Source of the DNA: Nitrospirota bacterium
GTDB taxonomy: Bacteria; Nitrospirota; UBA9217
Direction of reading: 5' to 3'
Assembly (NCBI GenBank): GCA_963845065.1
Contig: CAWJQQ010000006.1
Location: 224,001-288,000, forward strand
Length of the DNA stretch: 64,000 nucleotides
How positions within the stretch are numbered: the stretch's first letter is position 1; every line of letters starts with the position of its first letter. Under the pieces are notes generated by a model. That model did no database searches and was not told where the DNA came from. It saw nothing but the letters and a program-made list of their open reading frames with translations. Below are positions 52,966-63,010 of this stretch, piece after piece. The translations under genes were made by a program, and so were the position numbers.

Positions 52966-54324
52966 TTAAATTTTCGGTAATTTTTCGAGAGCTTTCTTGA
53001 TGTCTTCATCAGGATGTTCGTGGTCGAACAGTTTGCCTTCCCGATAATCTGCATAGGCCTGAAGGTCGAGGTACCCATGTCCTGAGAGGTTGAAGAGGAT
53101 GGTCTTCTGTTTGCCCTCTTCCTTTGCGCGAATCGCTTCGTCGATTGCTGCACGGATGGCATGGCCGCTCTCAGGCGCCGGTATGATCGACTCGGTCCCG
53201 GCGAACAGAACTGCTGCCTCAAAGACTTTTGTCTGCGTGTATGCCTTGGCTTCGATGATCTTGTCGTGGTAGAGCTGGGAAATGAGCGGCGAATCACCAT
53301 GGTACCTGAGCCCGCCAGCATGGATGCCTGCAGGCATGAAATCGTGGCCCAGCGTATACATGGATAGGAGTGGCGTCATTCCGGCCACATCTCCAAAGTC
53401 GTAGCAGAACTCTCCCTTGGTAAGCGTGGGACACGACGTGGGCTCCACCGCGATCGCCCGAAGCTCCTTCTTTTTGCCGGTCAGTTTATCATGCAGGAAA
53501 GGGAAGGAAACTCCTGAAAAGTTGCTCCCGCCGCCGCAGCAGCCGATGACCACATCAGGATAATCGCCTGCGATCTCAAGTTGCTTCTTGGCCTCCTGGC
53601 CGATCACAGTTTGGTGCAGGCATACGTGATTCAGCACCGATCCCAGAGCGTAATTCGTATCATTGTGGGTAGCCGCGTCCTCAACAGCTTCAGATATGGC
53701 GATTCCGAGGCTCCCGGTGTTGCTTGGATCGGCTTCGAGGATCTTTCTGCCTGTATTCGTCACTGTTGACGGGCTCGCATGCACGGTGGCACCCCAGGTC
53801 TCCATCATCATCCTACGGTAGGGCTTCTGGCTGAAACTTACCTTCACCATGTAGACTGTAACATCGAGTCCGAATAGCTTGCCTGCAAGGGCCATAGATG
53901 AACCCCACTGGCCTGCACCGGTCTCCGTTGCAATGCGCTTGATACCTGCCTTCTTGTTGTAAAAGGCCTGCGGAATTGACGTGTTCGGCTTGTGGCTACC
54001 CGTAGGGCTCACGCCTTCATATTTATAATAAATTTTTGCCGGCGTGCCAAGCGCCTTCTCAAGCCGATGCGCCCGAAACAATGGCGACGGTCTCCAAAGC
54101 GTGTAGATGTCGAGAACTTCTTCAGGAATATCGATCCAGCGCTCCTGGCTTACTTCCTGAAGGATGAGGTCCATTGGAAAGATGGGTTTAAGGTCATCGG
54201 GTCCAACCGGCTGCTTTGTCCCTGGATGGAGCGGTGGTTTGGGTTTGTTCGGCATATCCGCCATGATATTGTACCACTTGGTCGGAATTTCCTTATCAGA
54301 GAGAACTATCTTGGTCTGTCTCAT
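52966..54324 (-). CDS. trpB2: TrpB2-type tryptophan synthase beta-like PLP enzyme
   Basis: [30 protein letters not shown] and NLSGHG motifs. Confidence 0.93.
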   Translation of the reverse strand: MRQTKIVLSDKEIPTKWYNIMADMPNKPKPPLHPGTKQPVGPDDLKPIFPMDLILQEVSQERWIDIPEEVLDIYTLWRPSPLFRAHRLEKALGTPAKIYYKYEGVSPTGSHKPNTSIPQAFYNKKAGIKRIATETGAGQWGSSMALAGKLFGLDVTVYMVKVSFSQKPYRRMMMETWGATVHASPSTVTNTGRKILEADPSNTGSLGIAISEAVEDAATHNDTNYALGSVLNHVCLHQTVIGQEAKKQLEIAGDYPDVVIGCCGGGSNFSGVSFPFLHDKLTGKKKELRAIAVEPTSCPTLTKGEFCYDFGDVAGMTPLLSMYTLGHDFMPAGIHAGGLRYHGDSPLISQLYHDKIIEAKAYTQTKVFEAAVLFAGTESIIPAPESGHAIRAAIDEAIRAKEEGKQKTILFNLSGHGYLDLQAYADYREGKLFDHEHPDEDIKKALEKLPKI

Positions 54325-54513
54325 ACCTTCCTCCTGCGTCGTTGGGTCATATGTTCATTAATCAAAGTGGCGCTATTTTAAACTATTTTTAGAAGTTTCA
54401 CAATGGTTTTTAGCGACTTTTTTCGGAAAATAGCGCAGTAAGCGTCATGTGATTTAGCGGTGGAAGTGAATCAAATGATTTGAAAAATTCGGAACTTTAA
54501 CTGGCAGCGATGT

Positions 54514-55680
54514 TTACATCTTAAGTTCACCGAGCATCTTGATAAAAACCTTGAGTGGCTCTAAATCATAGTCTCCAGCCTTCTCGTGATGATAGATAAC
54601 GCGTAGAAAGATGTACGCGCCGGTTGGTAGGCGCGATCCGTGGTCATTGCGTAGGGGTAGCCTCTACCCAACAGCCGCTCATGATGCTCTGAAACGGCGT
54701 TGTAGGACTCTTCGGAGATTTTTTTGCCCGTGTGGTAAATCTTTTCGCTTCAGACACGTGGGCCTTGATGATCTGATATTCTCTGTCGTCAAGCTTGTCT
54801 AGTTTATTGATGTACGGAGAATGGATCATTTTTTTTCCCACGTCATGTAGCAAGACGCTGATACCGAGCTTCTCGATCTGTTGTTTTGGGAGACCTATCG
54901 CGATCCTGAGTCACACGGACAAAACCGTGACATTGAACGAATGAGTGTACGTTTAGTAATCATATGTTCTGAGCGATAAGAGATCGCTGGCTGCAGATCT
55001 GTTCTCTAGAATGTCATAGACCATCCTGTTGATCAAGGTGATGGATTCTTTAATCTTTTTCCGCTGCGGGTATTGTCGAGGAGGTCATTGAGCACGAGCG
55101 TCGAATTTTCCTTGATCATACTACGCTTCACTTTTCCCAAGCCTTTATCCTTAATGCCTATCGCGGTTAAGAGGGGATTCAGGTATGCATTATAGCGAGG
55201 AAGGTCCGCCAGCTTGATCACTATGTCGCCGGTGGTATTTGCAATCCGACCATCGAGGGTGTAGGGAGTTTGTTCTGTAGCCTGAACGAGTATGCTGAGA
55301 CGGAGCTATTCCAGCACATAGAGTTTGAAGGAAATTGTGTCCACGGCTGCAGGAGCGCCGGTCAATGACAAATGCTGTTCCGTTTCTGTAATGTATTGTT
55401 AGTATATCTTGGGAAATAAGGACTGACTTTTTTTGCGAGCCGCCTTGGGCTAGACAGGCTTACAACTCCCTTTCTTCCGACGTCTCAACATAAACCGTGT
55501 TGATGCCTTTTCCCTTCAGATGTTCGAGGCAATTCCGTCATAGATGTTCCCTTTGTTTAACAAAGGAATGACCAAGCTTCGGTCTTTGAAAAACAGAGTG
55601 AACCCCGGACTGGTTCCTATGACGAGCTTGTCAGCTACCACCGAAATATAAGGATCAATATCTATCTCGGTGTAGTGGGC
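54514..55680 (-). pseudogene. HD-GYP phosphodiesterase pseudogene
   Basis: Fragments YTHSFNVT, LLHDVGK, KLDDREYQIIKAH and FIKMLGELKM*, plus N-terminal fragments (ADKLVIGT...PLLNKG), with many frameshifts and stops. Confidence 0.75.
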
Positions 55681-55738
55681 CCCCCTTCTCTTTTCACAAA
55701 GCGTGTAGATACGTCTCGAATGTCTAGCAAATTGCCTG

Positions 55739-56014
55739 TTACAGGCCGATTGAGAACATACTCTCCAGATCGTGACGGGAATGGGCTCGGAAGGCCACAA
55801 GCGTCTCGGACGTTAGGATTCCTTCTACTTTCAACATATGATTTGTCACAACTTCCGCCAGTTGGTCATTGTCTAGCACGCGAATGATGACTGCCAGATC
55901 GTATCTTCCGGCAAGAGAATAAACTTCAGTGATACCCTCCTGGTCGGCAAGCGTTTCGGCCACGGAGTTCACCTTGTCCCGGGCGACCGTCAACAACACC
56001 AGAGCAGTAACCAT
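55739..56014 (-). CDS. Lrp/AsnC ligand-binding-domain-only protein
   Basis: MVTALVL...EVYSLAGRYDLAVIIR...GILTSETL; GGAGG SD. Confidence 0.88.
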   Translation of the reverse strand: MVTALVLLTVARDKVNSVAETLADQEGITEVYSLAGRYDLAVIIRVLDNDQLAEVVTNHMLKVEGILTSETLVAFRAHSRHDLESMFSIGL

Positions 56015-56083
56015 GATGAACCTCCTGTATGCGTGTTTTTGTACAATATACCAGATTTTTTGTTATCATGCCAATAAATAAGG

Positions 56084-56998
56084 TCAGGCCTCAATACATC
56101 TGGGGTCTGGTGCTGTAAGGTCGTTTGTGAGAAAAAAACTGTGGGCTGGACAGCCTCCATGACATTGTGAATGGTGACGGCACGATATCTGTTTGCATAA
56201 ATTTGCTGCTGAACTTCGAAAATAGGTAAGTGCCTGATGTTCCCAGATATCTTGAAAAGGATCACTTACGACATTACCAAGGAGATACTCCTTTTGTCCG
56301 AAAAAGAGATTGCAAGGATAAACGGAACCGTCCGGCAAGATCCCCAATTTCGTGGTTCCAGCAGGACAGCGGACCTGTGCAAGCTCGGGGTAGTGATCTG
56401 TGTCCGGCAGAAAACCCGAACAGAAGACCGTGCCCACCTCTGTTAAATTGAACCACTGTTCCATTGTTGATGCGAATAAAGGAAACGGCATTGTCGTCTG
56501 CAGCTCGCTCCGAGAGAGAGCATCTCGATAAATAAGATAATATTTTTTTGGCTTAAGAGAGAGAATTTTATGAATCATGCCACGTCCCATGTCCGGATGA
56601 AAGACGGATTTGACAACCGGCTTGTGCGTCTCAATAAATACTTTGACTTGTTCGAAAGTCACTCGGTCATTGACAGAGATACCAGCAGTTACCCCGCTTC
56701 CCATGCTCATGATTTCTTCAAGTACGTTCAGGTTCGTTCCATTCGAGCTGATGTTTACAAAAAAGCCAGAGACCAAAGACTCTCGAACGAACGAAAGGAT
56801 ATCCGGGTGCAAGGTCGGTTCACCGCCGATTATGTCGATCGTTCGAACCGCTCTCTGCTTTAGGACGACAAGCATAGTTTTGAAATCGGCAAGCGACATA
56901 TCCTGCACCGGCGGCAGGAATCGATTAAAACAAAATTCACAGGAGCGATTGCATCGGAGCGTGGGATAGAATTGTATGTAGTCGGGGCCGTTTCTCAT
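56084..56998 (-). CDS. Radical SAM protein with SPASM domain
   Basis: CNRSCEFC and GGEPTL motifs; CPAG...DGSVYPC...C....C.....CHGGCP...DPRC. Confidence 0.9.
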   Translation of the reverse strand: MRNGPDYIQFYPTLRCNRSCEFCFNRFLPPVQDMSLADFKTMLVVLKQRAVRTIDIIGGEPTLHPDILSFVRESLVSGFFVNISSNGTNLNVLEEIMSMGSGVTAGISVNDRVTFEQVKVFIETHKPVVKSVFHPDMGRGMIHKILSLKPKKYYLIYRDALSRSELQTTMPFPLFASTMEQWFNLTEVGTVFCSGFLPDTDHYPELAQVRCPAGTTKLGILPDGSVYPCNLFFGQKEYLLGNVVSDPFQDIWEHQALTYFRSSAANLCKQISCRHHSQCHGGCPAHSFFLTNDLTAPDPRCIEA

Positions 56999-57061
56999 AT
57001 ATAATTTACATTACTTCTTCTTCCTCCCTAGACGGATGGCGTCAAATAAGTGAGGCAAGAT

Positions 57062-57922
57062 TTATCCAATCGAATATCTGGTTCCTCTTTTTCGGATGAA
57101 CCCTTCCTCCTCTAATTTAAGGAGATTAGACTTCACCCGCTCCGGATCCATGGCAGTTTTATTCATTATTTGTGCCACTCTCAATGGCGACTCGGCAACA
57201 AGCACCTTTAATATCCTTCCCCGCACCTGGCGGTTTGAATTCTCGAAGGTGCTCTGCCGTGCATAATGGACGCTCTTCCTGTTGGGGTTCTCATGCTCCT
57301 GTTTGAGCATGGTCCCGTAGTCCATAAGAGCATTGTACCATTTCCGGGGCTCACTGGTATCCACGGTCTGTTCAACGATAGAGACGATCTCATCATCGTG
57401 GATGGCATCGCAATTCGGGAAGAACTCATGAATGAAAACCCGGCGGATGTTGGTATCTATAAAAACCACGGGCTTATTGAAGGCAAAGGCTGCCACGGCG
57501 CCTGCTGTATATTTTCCGATGCCGGGAAGCGTACGGAGATGTTCCGGATCTCGCGGTAGCTTGCCCTGATACTCGTGCACCACCTGCTGCGCCAGGGACT
57601 TGAGAGCAAGTGCACGGCGATTGTAGCCCATGCCTGACCATATCTTAAGCAGTTTTAAAAGTGACACCTGGGAAAGGGCGTTGAAATTGGGAATCGCGTT
57701 GAGGAACTCCTGGAATTTTTCGATGACTCGCTCCACCTGCGTTTGTTGGAGCATTATCTCGGAAACTATGACACGATAAGGGGTAGGATTTTTTCTCCAA
57801 GGCAAACTGCGTCCCGAATGTTCATAATATTCGTAAATTTTTTTTCGGAAGACACGGACTTCCGCTGTAGTAAGAAGTTTATTTTTCTTCCTTGGGCGGA
57901 TAGTGGTCGTTTTCCTCTGCAT
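57062..57922 (-). CDS. mutY: HhH-GPD A/G-specific adenine glycosylase (MutY-like, no Fe-S motif)
   Basis: LPWR, SEIMLQQTQV, W.GMGYNRRA, LPGIGKYTA and DTNIRRV motifs. Confidence 0.85.
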   Translation of the reverse strand: MQRKTTTIRPRKKNKLLTTAEVRVFRKKIYEYYEHSGRSLPWRKNPTPYRVIVSEIMLQQTQVERVIEKFQEFLNAIPNFNALSQVSLLKLLKIWSGMGYNRRALALKSLAQQVVHEYQGKLPRDPEHLRTLPGIGKYTAGAVAAFAFNKPVVFIDTNIRRVFIHEFFPNCDAIHDDEIVSIVEQTVDTSEPRKWYNALMDYGTMLKQEHENPNRKSVHYARQSTFENSNRQVRGRILKVLVAESPLRVAQIMNKTAMDPERVKSNLLKLEEEGFIRKRGTRYSIG

Positions 57923-57947
57923 ACGCTTGAAGAGATATCCCTTGGCG

Positions 57948-58595
57948 TTATTTTTTTTTGAGCAGGATATAAAGCGCGCCGAGGCCGCCATCACACTGCC
58001 GGGCAGTTACGAAGGCAATTATATCATTTCGGAAGTGACCGGTCAGACGTTTAACGACCGCTTCTTTCAAACGAGCGCCGTTGACTGAGCGTAGACCCCT
58101 GCCGTGGATAACTTTTACGCAGCACAAATTTTTTTTAAAAGATCCTTGGATAAAATGTTCTAGCTCTTCTTCCGCCTCAAGTACGGTACAACCGTGGAGG
58201 TCAAGATAGGCCTGGATCGAGAACAGCCCTTCATGAAGATTCCGAATAATATCCTCACGAAATTCAGGATTAATCCACTCGACGTATTCCTGTGTATGCG
58301 GCAAATGGATTGGGCGCTGCCCTCCTGCAATTTCTTCAAGAATATCGAGCACTTCGCATTCGGAATCACGGCGCGCTAATGTAATATTAGTCTTTCGGGG
58401 ACGGGAAACGCAGGTCAAAGAACGGAACGCTTCTATCTCCTGAACATCATTCATGGCAATATGGAACAGCTCTTCTTCGGTATATACCTCTTTTTTCTTT
58501 TGAGGGAAAGACAGGGGAGTGGAAGCGGCTCGCGTGCTTTCAATTTTCTTCCTGAGTTTCTCGAAAGGGTGGATGGCAAAAGTTTTATTACCCAT
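57948..58595 (-). CDS. Smr/MutS2 C-terminal domain endonuclease
   Basis: LDLHG, VIHGRG and DGGLGALY motifs. Confidence 0.9.
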   Translation of the reverse strand: MGNKTFAIHPFEKLRKKIESTRAASTPLSFPQKKKEVYTEEELFHIAMNDVQEIEAFRSLTCVSRPRKTNITLARRDSECEVLDILEEIAGGQRPIHLPHTQEYVEWINPEFREDIIRNLHEGLFSIQAYLDLHGCTVLEAEEELEHFIQGSFKKNLCCVKVIHGRGLRSVNGARLKEAVVKRLTGHFRNDIIAFVTARQCDGGLGALYILLKKK

Positions 58596-58687
58596 AGATC
58601 ATGCTCGCAACATTATTATAAGTTTCCTCACCGTAGCCCCCTCCCGACGGAGGAAGAAGGCTTATAAGGATGAGAGCATTAAAAAAA

Positions 58688-59060
58688 ATCAGAGCGGGTC
58701 GTAAGCCGAGTTCTGTTCCCTGATTGCTCAGGGTGGTGAACATTTATCTGGGCTATCGATTACTCGATAGCACGAGCGACCTACCCGGAAGTCTCGGACG
58801 GGCCGTCCTTACCCCCTTGCGGAAGATGCTTCCCTATGTGGTCTTGCTCCAGGCGGGGTTTTCCAAGCACTCGGCATTGCTGCCGGGTCTGGTGGGCTCT
58901 TGCCCCACCGTTTCACCCTTACCCTGTTCGGGGCGGTCTTCTTTTCTGTGGCACTGTCCATGGGGTCGCCCCCTGTCCCGTTTCGGGACCACCTTGCCCT
59001 GCGGAGCTCGGACTTTCCTCCCTCCGTTGCCGGAGAGTGATCACCTCACCCGCTCTGATT
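58688..59060 (-). ncRNA. rnpB: RNase P RNA (bacterial type A)
   Basis: GAGGAAAGTCCGAGCT, AGTGCCACAGAAA, GGGTGAAACGGTGGGGCAAGAGCCCACC and ACAGAACTCGGCTTA; ends AATCAGAGCGGGT and ACCCGCTCTGATT pair as P1. Confidence 0.97.
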
Positions 59061-59181
59061 ATTTTATTGGAATTTCCCTTGCAAAAGACTCTGAGATCGT
59101 CAAGAAATGCCACATAATTCATGAACAAAATTGCTCTTATTCCTTTCCTTTTTTCCTTAGCGTACTCTGCGTCCTTTGCGG

Positions 59182-59601
59182 CTATACTATTCTTTCATCA
59201 ATCGCCTTGTTTGCCAATGCGTCTGCTTCCTTGTTCATCTCCCGCGGTATGTATTGTACATCAACGTTCCCGATCAGCGCAATAAGCTCTTTGGCCTTCA
59301 GGAAGAGTGGCTTGAGCCCTTCATTTTTTACTTTATACTGACCGTTCAGTTGTTTCACCACAAGCTCAGAATCAGCATGTAACTTGACATTTGAAGCGCC
59401 GAGTTTTATGGCGTGTTCCAACCCGAGAATTGCCGCCCTATATTCAGCAATGTTGTTCGTAGTCTTGCCGAGATATCGTGCGATCTTCTCAACTGGCTTG
59501 CCATCCTGGAGTATAAAAATACCAGCACCTGCCTCTCCGGGGTTATTCCGCGACGCACCGTCGGTAAAGATGGTAAAATGTGCTTTGCTTATGATATTCA
59601 T
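59182..59601 (-). CDS. rnhA: Ribonuclease HI
   Basis: TDGASRNNPG, TNNIAEY, DSELVV and NKEADALAN motifs. Confidence 0.93.
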   Translation of the reverse strand: MNIISKAHFTIFTDGASRNNPGEAGAGIFILQDGKPVEKIARYLGKTTNNIAEYRAAILGLEHAIKLGASNVKLHADSELVVKQLNGQYKVKNEGLKPLFLKAKELIALIGNVDVQYIPREMNKEADALANKAIDERIV

Positions 59602-59703
59602 GTTGATTCCTTTGCCGAGAGACCGGAAGTCTCCGAATATCGCGATGAGGATTACGTTATTCGTTCAGCCTTATTCGGACATCGTACTTCCCGGCTTTTC
59701 GTT

Positions 59704-60423
59704 CTATTTTGGTTCAATCGCTTCTCTGTAGAACAACATGCGATGGCAGTTGGGACAAGTAATGATGCTTACATTTTTTTTTACGTTCACAAATATCTGG
59801 GGAGGGATACTCATATAGCATCCGGAGCAGGATTCACCGCGCGCCTCCGTAATAGCGATTCCTGCCTTGGTACTAAGTAGTTTCTGATATTGAGCGAGTA
59901 TGTCGGGTTTGACACTTGTAACGACATCTTGCCATGCGCGCTTTAGTCCTTTCAACTCTTCCTCGATCTTCGCAAAATCAGCTTCGAGCTGCATCTGCTC
60001 GGATTGGAGGGCCACTTCTTCTTCCCGTGACCGCTGCTCCGCACTTGTTATACTCGCGGCAGCCGCTTCAATCTTTTCCATAAGGATAAGAATGTCGTCC
60101 TCAATGGCCTTGTTCTCTTTTTCCCCTATCTCGATCTCCCTGAGCAGCGCCTGATATTCCTTGTTGTTCTTGATCTCGGATGTGCGGGCTTTAAGTTTTT
60201 CGATCTTCTGACCCCCTGCTTCCAGGTCCTGGTCACGATCCCGCTTGTTCTTCTGTGCCAACTGAAGTTCTTCCTTGACACTTTCAAGATTCGTTTTATT
60301 CGCCTCACGTTTCCGCTCTAGGTCGGCGAGGAACTCCGGTAGGCGTTTTTTCTGCTCCATGAGAGATCGGATTTTACCATCGATTTCTTGAAGCTGAATA
60401 AGCAGACTCAGTTGTTCGTCCAT
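59704..60423 (-). CDS. Coiled-coil C4 zinc-ribbon protein (DUF164/HP0958-like)
   Basis: LQEID, long coiled coil, CSGC...IPPQ...CPNC.R.L. Confidence 0.9.
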   Translation of the reverse strand: MDEQLSLLIQLQEIDGKIRSLMEQKKRLPEFLADLERKREANKTNLESVKEELQLAQKNKRDRDQDLEAGGQKIEKLKARTSEIKNNKEYQALLREIEIGEKENKAIEDDILILMEKIEAAAASITSAEQRSREEEVALQSEQMQLEADFAKIEEELKGLKRAWQDVVTSVKPDILAQYQKLLSTKAGIAITEARGESCSGCYMSIPPQIFVNVKKNVSIITCPNCHRMLFYREAIEPK

Positions 60424-60432
60424 CAGGCCTCC

Positions 60433-60462
60433 AAAATAAAAAATGCGCCGGCCGGCGCATTT
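60433..60462 (-). terminator. Terminator-like hairpin downstream of tRNA-Ile2
   Basis: AAATGCGCC-GGCC-GGCGCATTT followed by TTTATTTT. Confidence 0.65.
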
Positions 60463-60530
60463 CTATTGATTGTTCGTTCTCTTTGTCTCTGTATGCTTGG
60501 CAAAAGTCATTGTCTGCTCCTTTTTGAAGA

Positions 60531-60606
60531 TGGTGGGCCCACCAGGACTCGAACCTGGGACCAACCGGTTATGAGCCGGTAGCTCTACCAACTGAGCTAT
60601 GGGCCC
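60531..60606 (-). tRNA. tRNA-Ile2 (CAT anticodon, lysidine type)
   Basis: GGGCCCATAGCTCAGTTGGTAGAGCTACCGGCTCATAACCGGTTGGTCCCAGGTTCGAGTCCTGGTGGGCCCACCA forms a 76-nt cloverleaf. Ile2 rather than Met is inferred from the acceptor stem. Confidence 0.93.
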
Positions 60607-60936
60607 TCTATGGGGCAACTTTCGATCTCCTCATCGCACACAAGACCGAAGGATATATTCGATTAGGCGATTGGCTTGGAATTCATTGATAATAAAGTGT
60701 TTGGTACATTAAACGTACTATGAACGGCCCCCTATATTGTCAGAACCGCACAAAAATGTCAAGGTACCTATACTACCCAAGAACAGCGACAGGATTTAAA
60801 TCATGCTGCACCAGTAAAACAAACAACCGTTTTTTAAAGTTATCGCATGTTACGCGACCATACTGAAGTTCGCGTCACCAACACTCGCAGCTTTTGACAT
60901 CCTTAGCCGTCTCTTCATCTAATTTGAGACAAACCT

Positions 60937-60996
60937 CTCCTTTTTGAAGATGGTGGGCCCACCAGGACTCGAACCTGGGACCAACCGGTTATGAGC
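60937..60996 (-). repeat. 60-bp exact copy of the tRNA-Ile2 3' half plus 14-nt trailer
   Basis: Identical to 60517..60576. Confidence 0.95.
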
Positions 60997-61124
60997 TTTG
61001 TCGTATCAGGATTTCACCTTGCCGGTTAGAGAATTTGATTGGTCTAATCCTTTATGCCCGCTCTTATAGCGGCCTACAAGGTTTTTTATTGCTCGGTAAA
61101 TATTTCTATCGTTGTTTGAGGGTA

Positions 61125-62927
61125 CTATTCTATGAAACTCTTGAGCTGTTTGCTCCTGCTCGGATGGCGCAGTTTCCGCAAAGCCTTTGCCTCGATCTGG
61201 CGGATCCGCTCGCGAGTAACGTCGAATTCCTGGCCCACTTCTTCGAGCGTATGGTCCGTCTGCTCGCCGATGCCGAAACGCCAGCGGAGCACCTTTTCCT
61301 CACGTTCCGTCAGCGTATTAAGCACCCTCCGTACCTGCTGGTGGAGGTTCTTTCTGATTGCCGACTCGAGTGGTGAGGCTACTTTCTTGTCCTCGATGAA
61401 GTCCCCCAGATGGCTGTCCTCTTCCTCACCGATAGGAGTCTCTAGCGAGATCGGTTCCTTAGCGATTTTCATGATCTTGCGGACTTTCTCAACCGGCAGC
61501 TTCATGGACACGGCAATCTCCTCAGTTGTCGGTTCCCTGCCGAGGTCCTGGACAAGACCTCGCGACGTACGGATGAGCTTGTTCATTGTCTCGATCATAT
61601 GCACCGGGATACGGATTGTGCGCGCCTGGTCCGCAATGGCCCTGGTGATTGCTTGCCTAATCCACCATGTGGCATAAGTACTGAATTTATACCCGCGCTG
61701 CCATTCGAACTTGTCCACGGCTTTCATAAGGCCGATGTTCCCTTCTTGAATAAGGTCAAGGAATTGGAGTCCGCGGTTGGTGTATTTCTTGGCAATGGAG
61801 ACCACCAGTCGAAGGTTCGCTTCCACCAGCTCGCTCTTGGCATACTTGGCGCGTTCTTCGGCTCGTTCGTAGGCCCTGAGCACTTTTTTAAGCTCCTCGG
61901 ACGAGACTCCACAATCCATCTCGATATTTTTTATACGCTTGACTGCGTTCCGATAAGTTTTTTCCAACCCAAGAAGCGCCTCCTGCTTCATTTCAAGCCT
62001 GCGCGCTGCATTCTTCAGCTCACGTTCTCCCAACCGCATCTTCTTGAATATATCCTTCAGCTCCGCAATAACAAGGCCCGACTTCCGCTCAAGCCCGTGG
62101 ATTTCGCGTTCGGAGAGCTGCACCTCACCCACCATCTCGCGCAACTTCATGACAAGCCTATCGGTCTGACGGCAATGGATGTTCAGCGCCTCCAGTTTGT
62201 CAAATAAAGCAAGTCGCGTCGTTTGCATTTTTTCACGAAGATTCTTCTTGCGAGCCTCGGTACAGCGACTGCTCGTTACGTGGTTCGTAAGCGTAGCAAG
62301 TTCCTTGCTGTGGCGGTCAACCTCGGTTATGAGCTTGATCACTCGCGCATGGAGCTCTTCCTCGTTCTGACTCTGAAGATCGTCAAAATCGTCATCCCCG
62401 GCGTGAACGACTTCATTGATGCTGATCTTGCCTTTCCTTAGCTTATCGCCAAGATCGCGGACATCCTGAAGCGCAAACGGCAGACTGTAGAGTATCTGGG
62501 CCGCCTCTCGCTTACCCTCTTCAATCCTCTTCGCGATCGCTACCTCGCCTTCTTTCGACAGAAGAGGTACTGTGCCCATTTCCTTCAAATAGAGTCGGAC
62601 TGGATCATCGGTCTTGCCCACGCCAACCTCAACCTCTTCTTCTTCTACGTCTTCCTCGGAAGCGTCTTCAAGGCTTACTTCGTCCGACTCGGCGCCTTCC
62701 TCCAGCTCGTCATCGGCATGTTGGCGAACCTTGCCATCGTGTCGCGATTCGGCGATATCGATGTCCATTTCTCCATCGCCGAACAAGGAGATGATACTAT
62801 CGAGCTGTTCCGTAGAAACATCTTCATGAGGAATGGGCTCCTGTGTTTCTTCAAAGGGAACATAATTGCGCTCTTTCCCCGCTCCGTTCGTTTTTTTGGA
62901 ATCTACTGTTTTGTCCCGCTTTGACAT
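61125..62927 (-). CDS. rpoD: Primary sigma factor RpoD
   Basis: [32 protein letters not shown] and [13 protein letters not shown] motifs. Confidence 0.98.
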   Translation of the reverse strand: MSKRDKTVDSKKTNGAGKERNYVPFEETQEPIPHEDVSTEQLDSIISLFGDGEMDIDIAESRHDGKVRQHADDELEEGAESDEVSLEDASEEDVEEEEVEVGVGKTDDPVRLYLKEMGTVPLLSKEGEVAIAKRIEEGKREAAQILYSLPFALQDVRDLGDKLRKGKISINEVVHAGDDDFDDLQSQNEEELHARVIKLITEVDRHSKELATLTNHVTSSRCTEARKKNLREKMQTTRLALFDKLEALNIHCRQTDRLVMKLREMVGEVQLSEREIHGLERKSGLVIAELKDIFKKMRLGERELKNAARRLEMKQEALLGLEKTYRNAVKRIKNIEMDCGVSSEELKKVLRAYERAEERAKYAKSELVEANLRLVVSIAKKYTNRGLQFLDLIQEGNIGLMKAVDKFEWQRGYKFSTYATWWIRQAITRAIADQARTIRIPVHMIETMNKLIRTSRGLVQDLGREPTTEEIAVSMKLPVEKVRKIMKIAKEPISLETPIGEEEDSHLGDFIEDKKVASPLESAIRKNLHQQVRRVLNTLTEREEKVLRWRFGIGEQTDHTLEEVGQEFDVTRERIRQIEAKALRKLRHPSRSKQLKSFIE

Positions 62928-63010
62928 GCTCTGGTGCTCCTTTTATGCGGCAGCGTTCACGCTGCCACGATCTATTCGTCGGAAAAGATTAACTCGCTTT
63001 CATCTCGTGT

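Noticed and set aside
55739..56998. Ahb/Nir alternative heme biosynthesis pair
   Set aside because: The AsnC-like protein is 91 aa without the N-terminal HTH-like part of AhbA/B, and no hem genes are adjacent.
60607..61030. Group I intron or split tRNA-Ile2
   Set aside because: The tRNA at 60531-60606 is already complete, the duplicate includes the whole anticodon loop, and no intron core elements were recognised.
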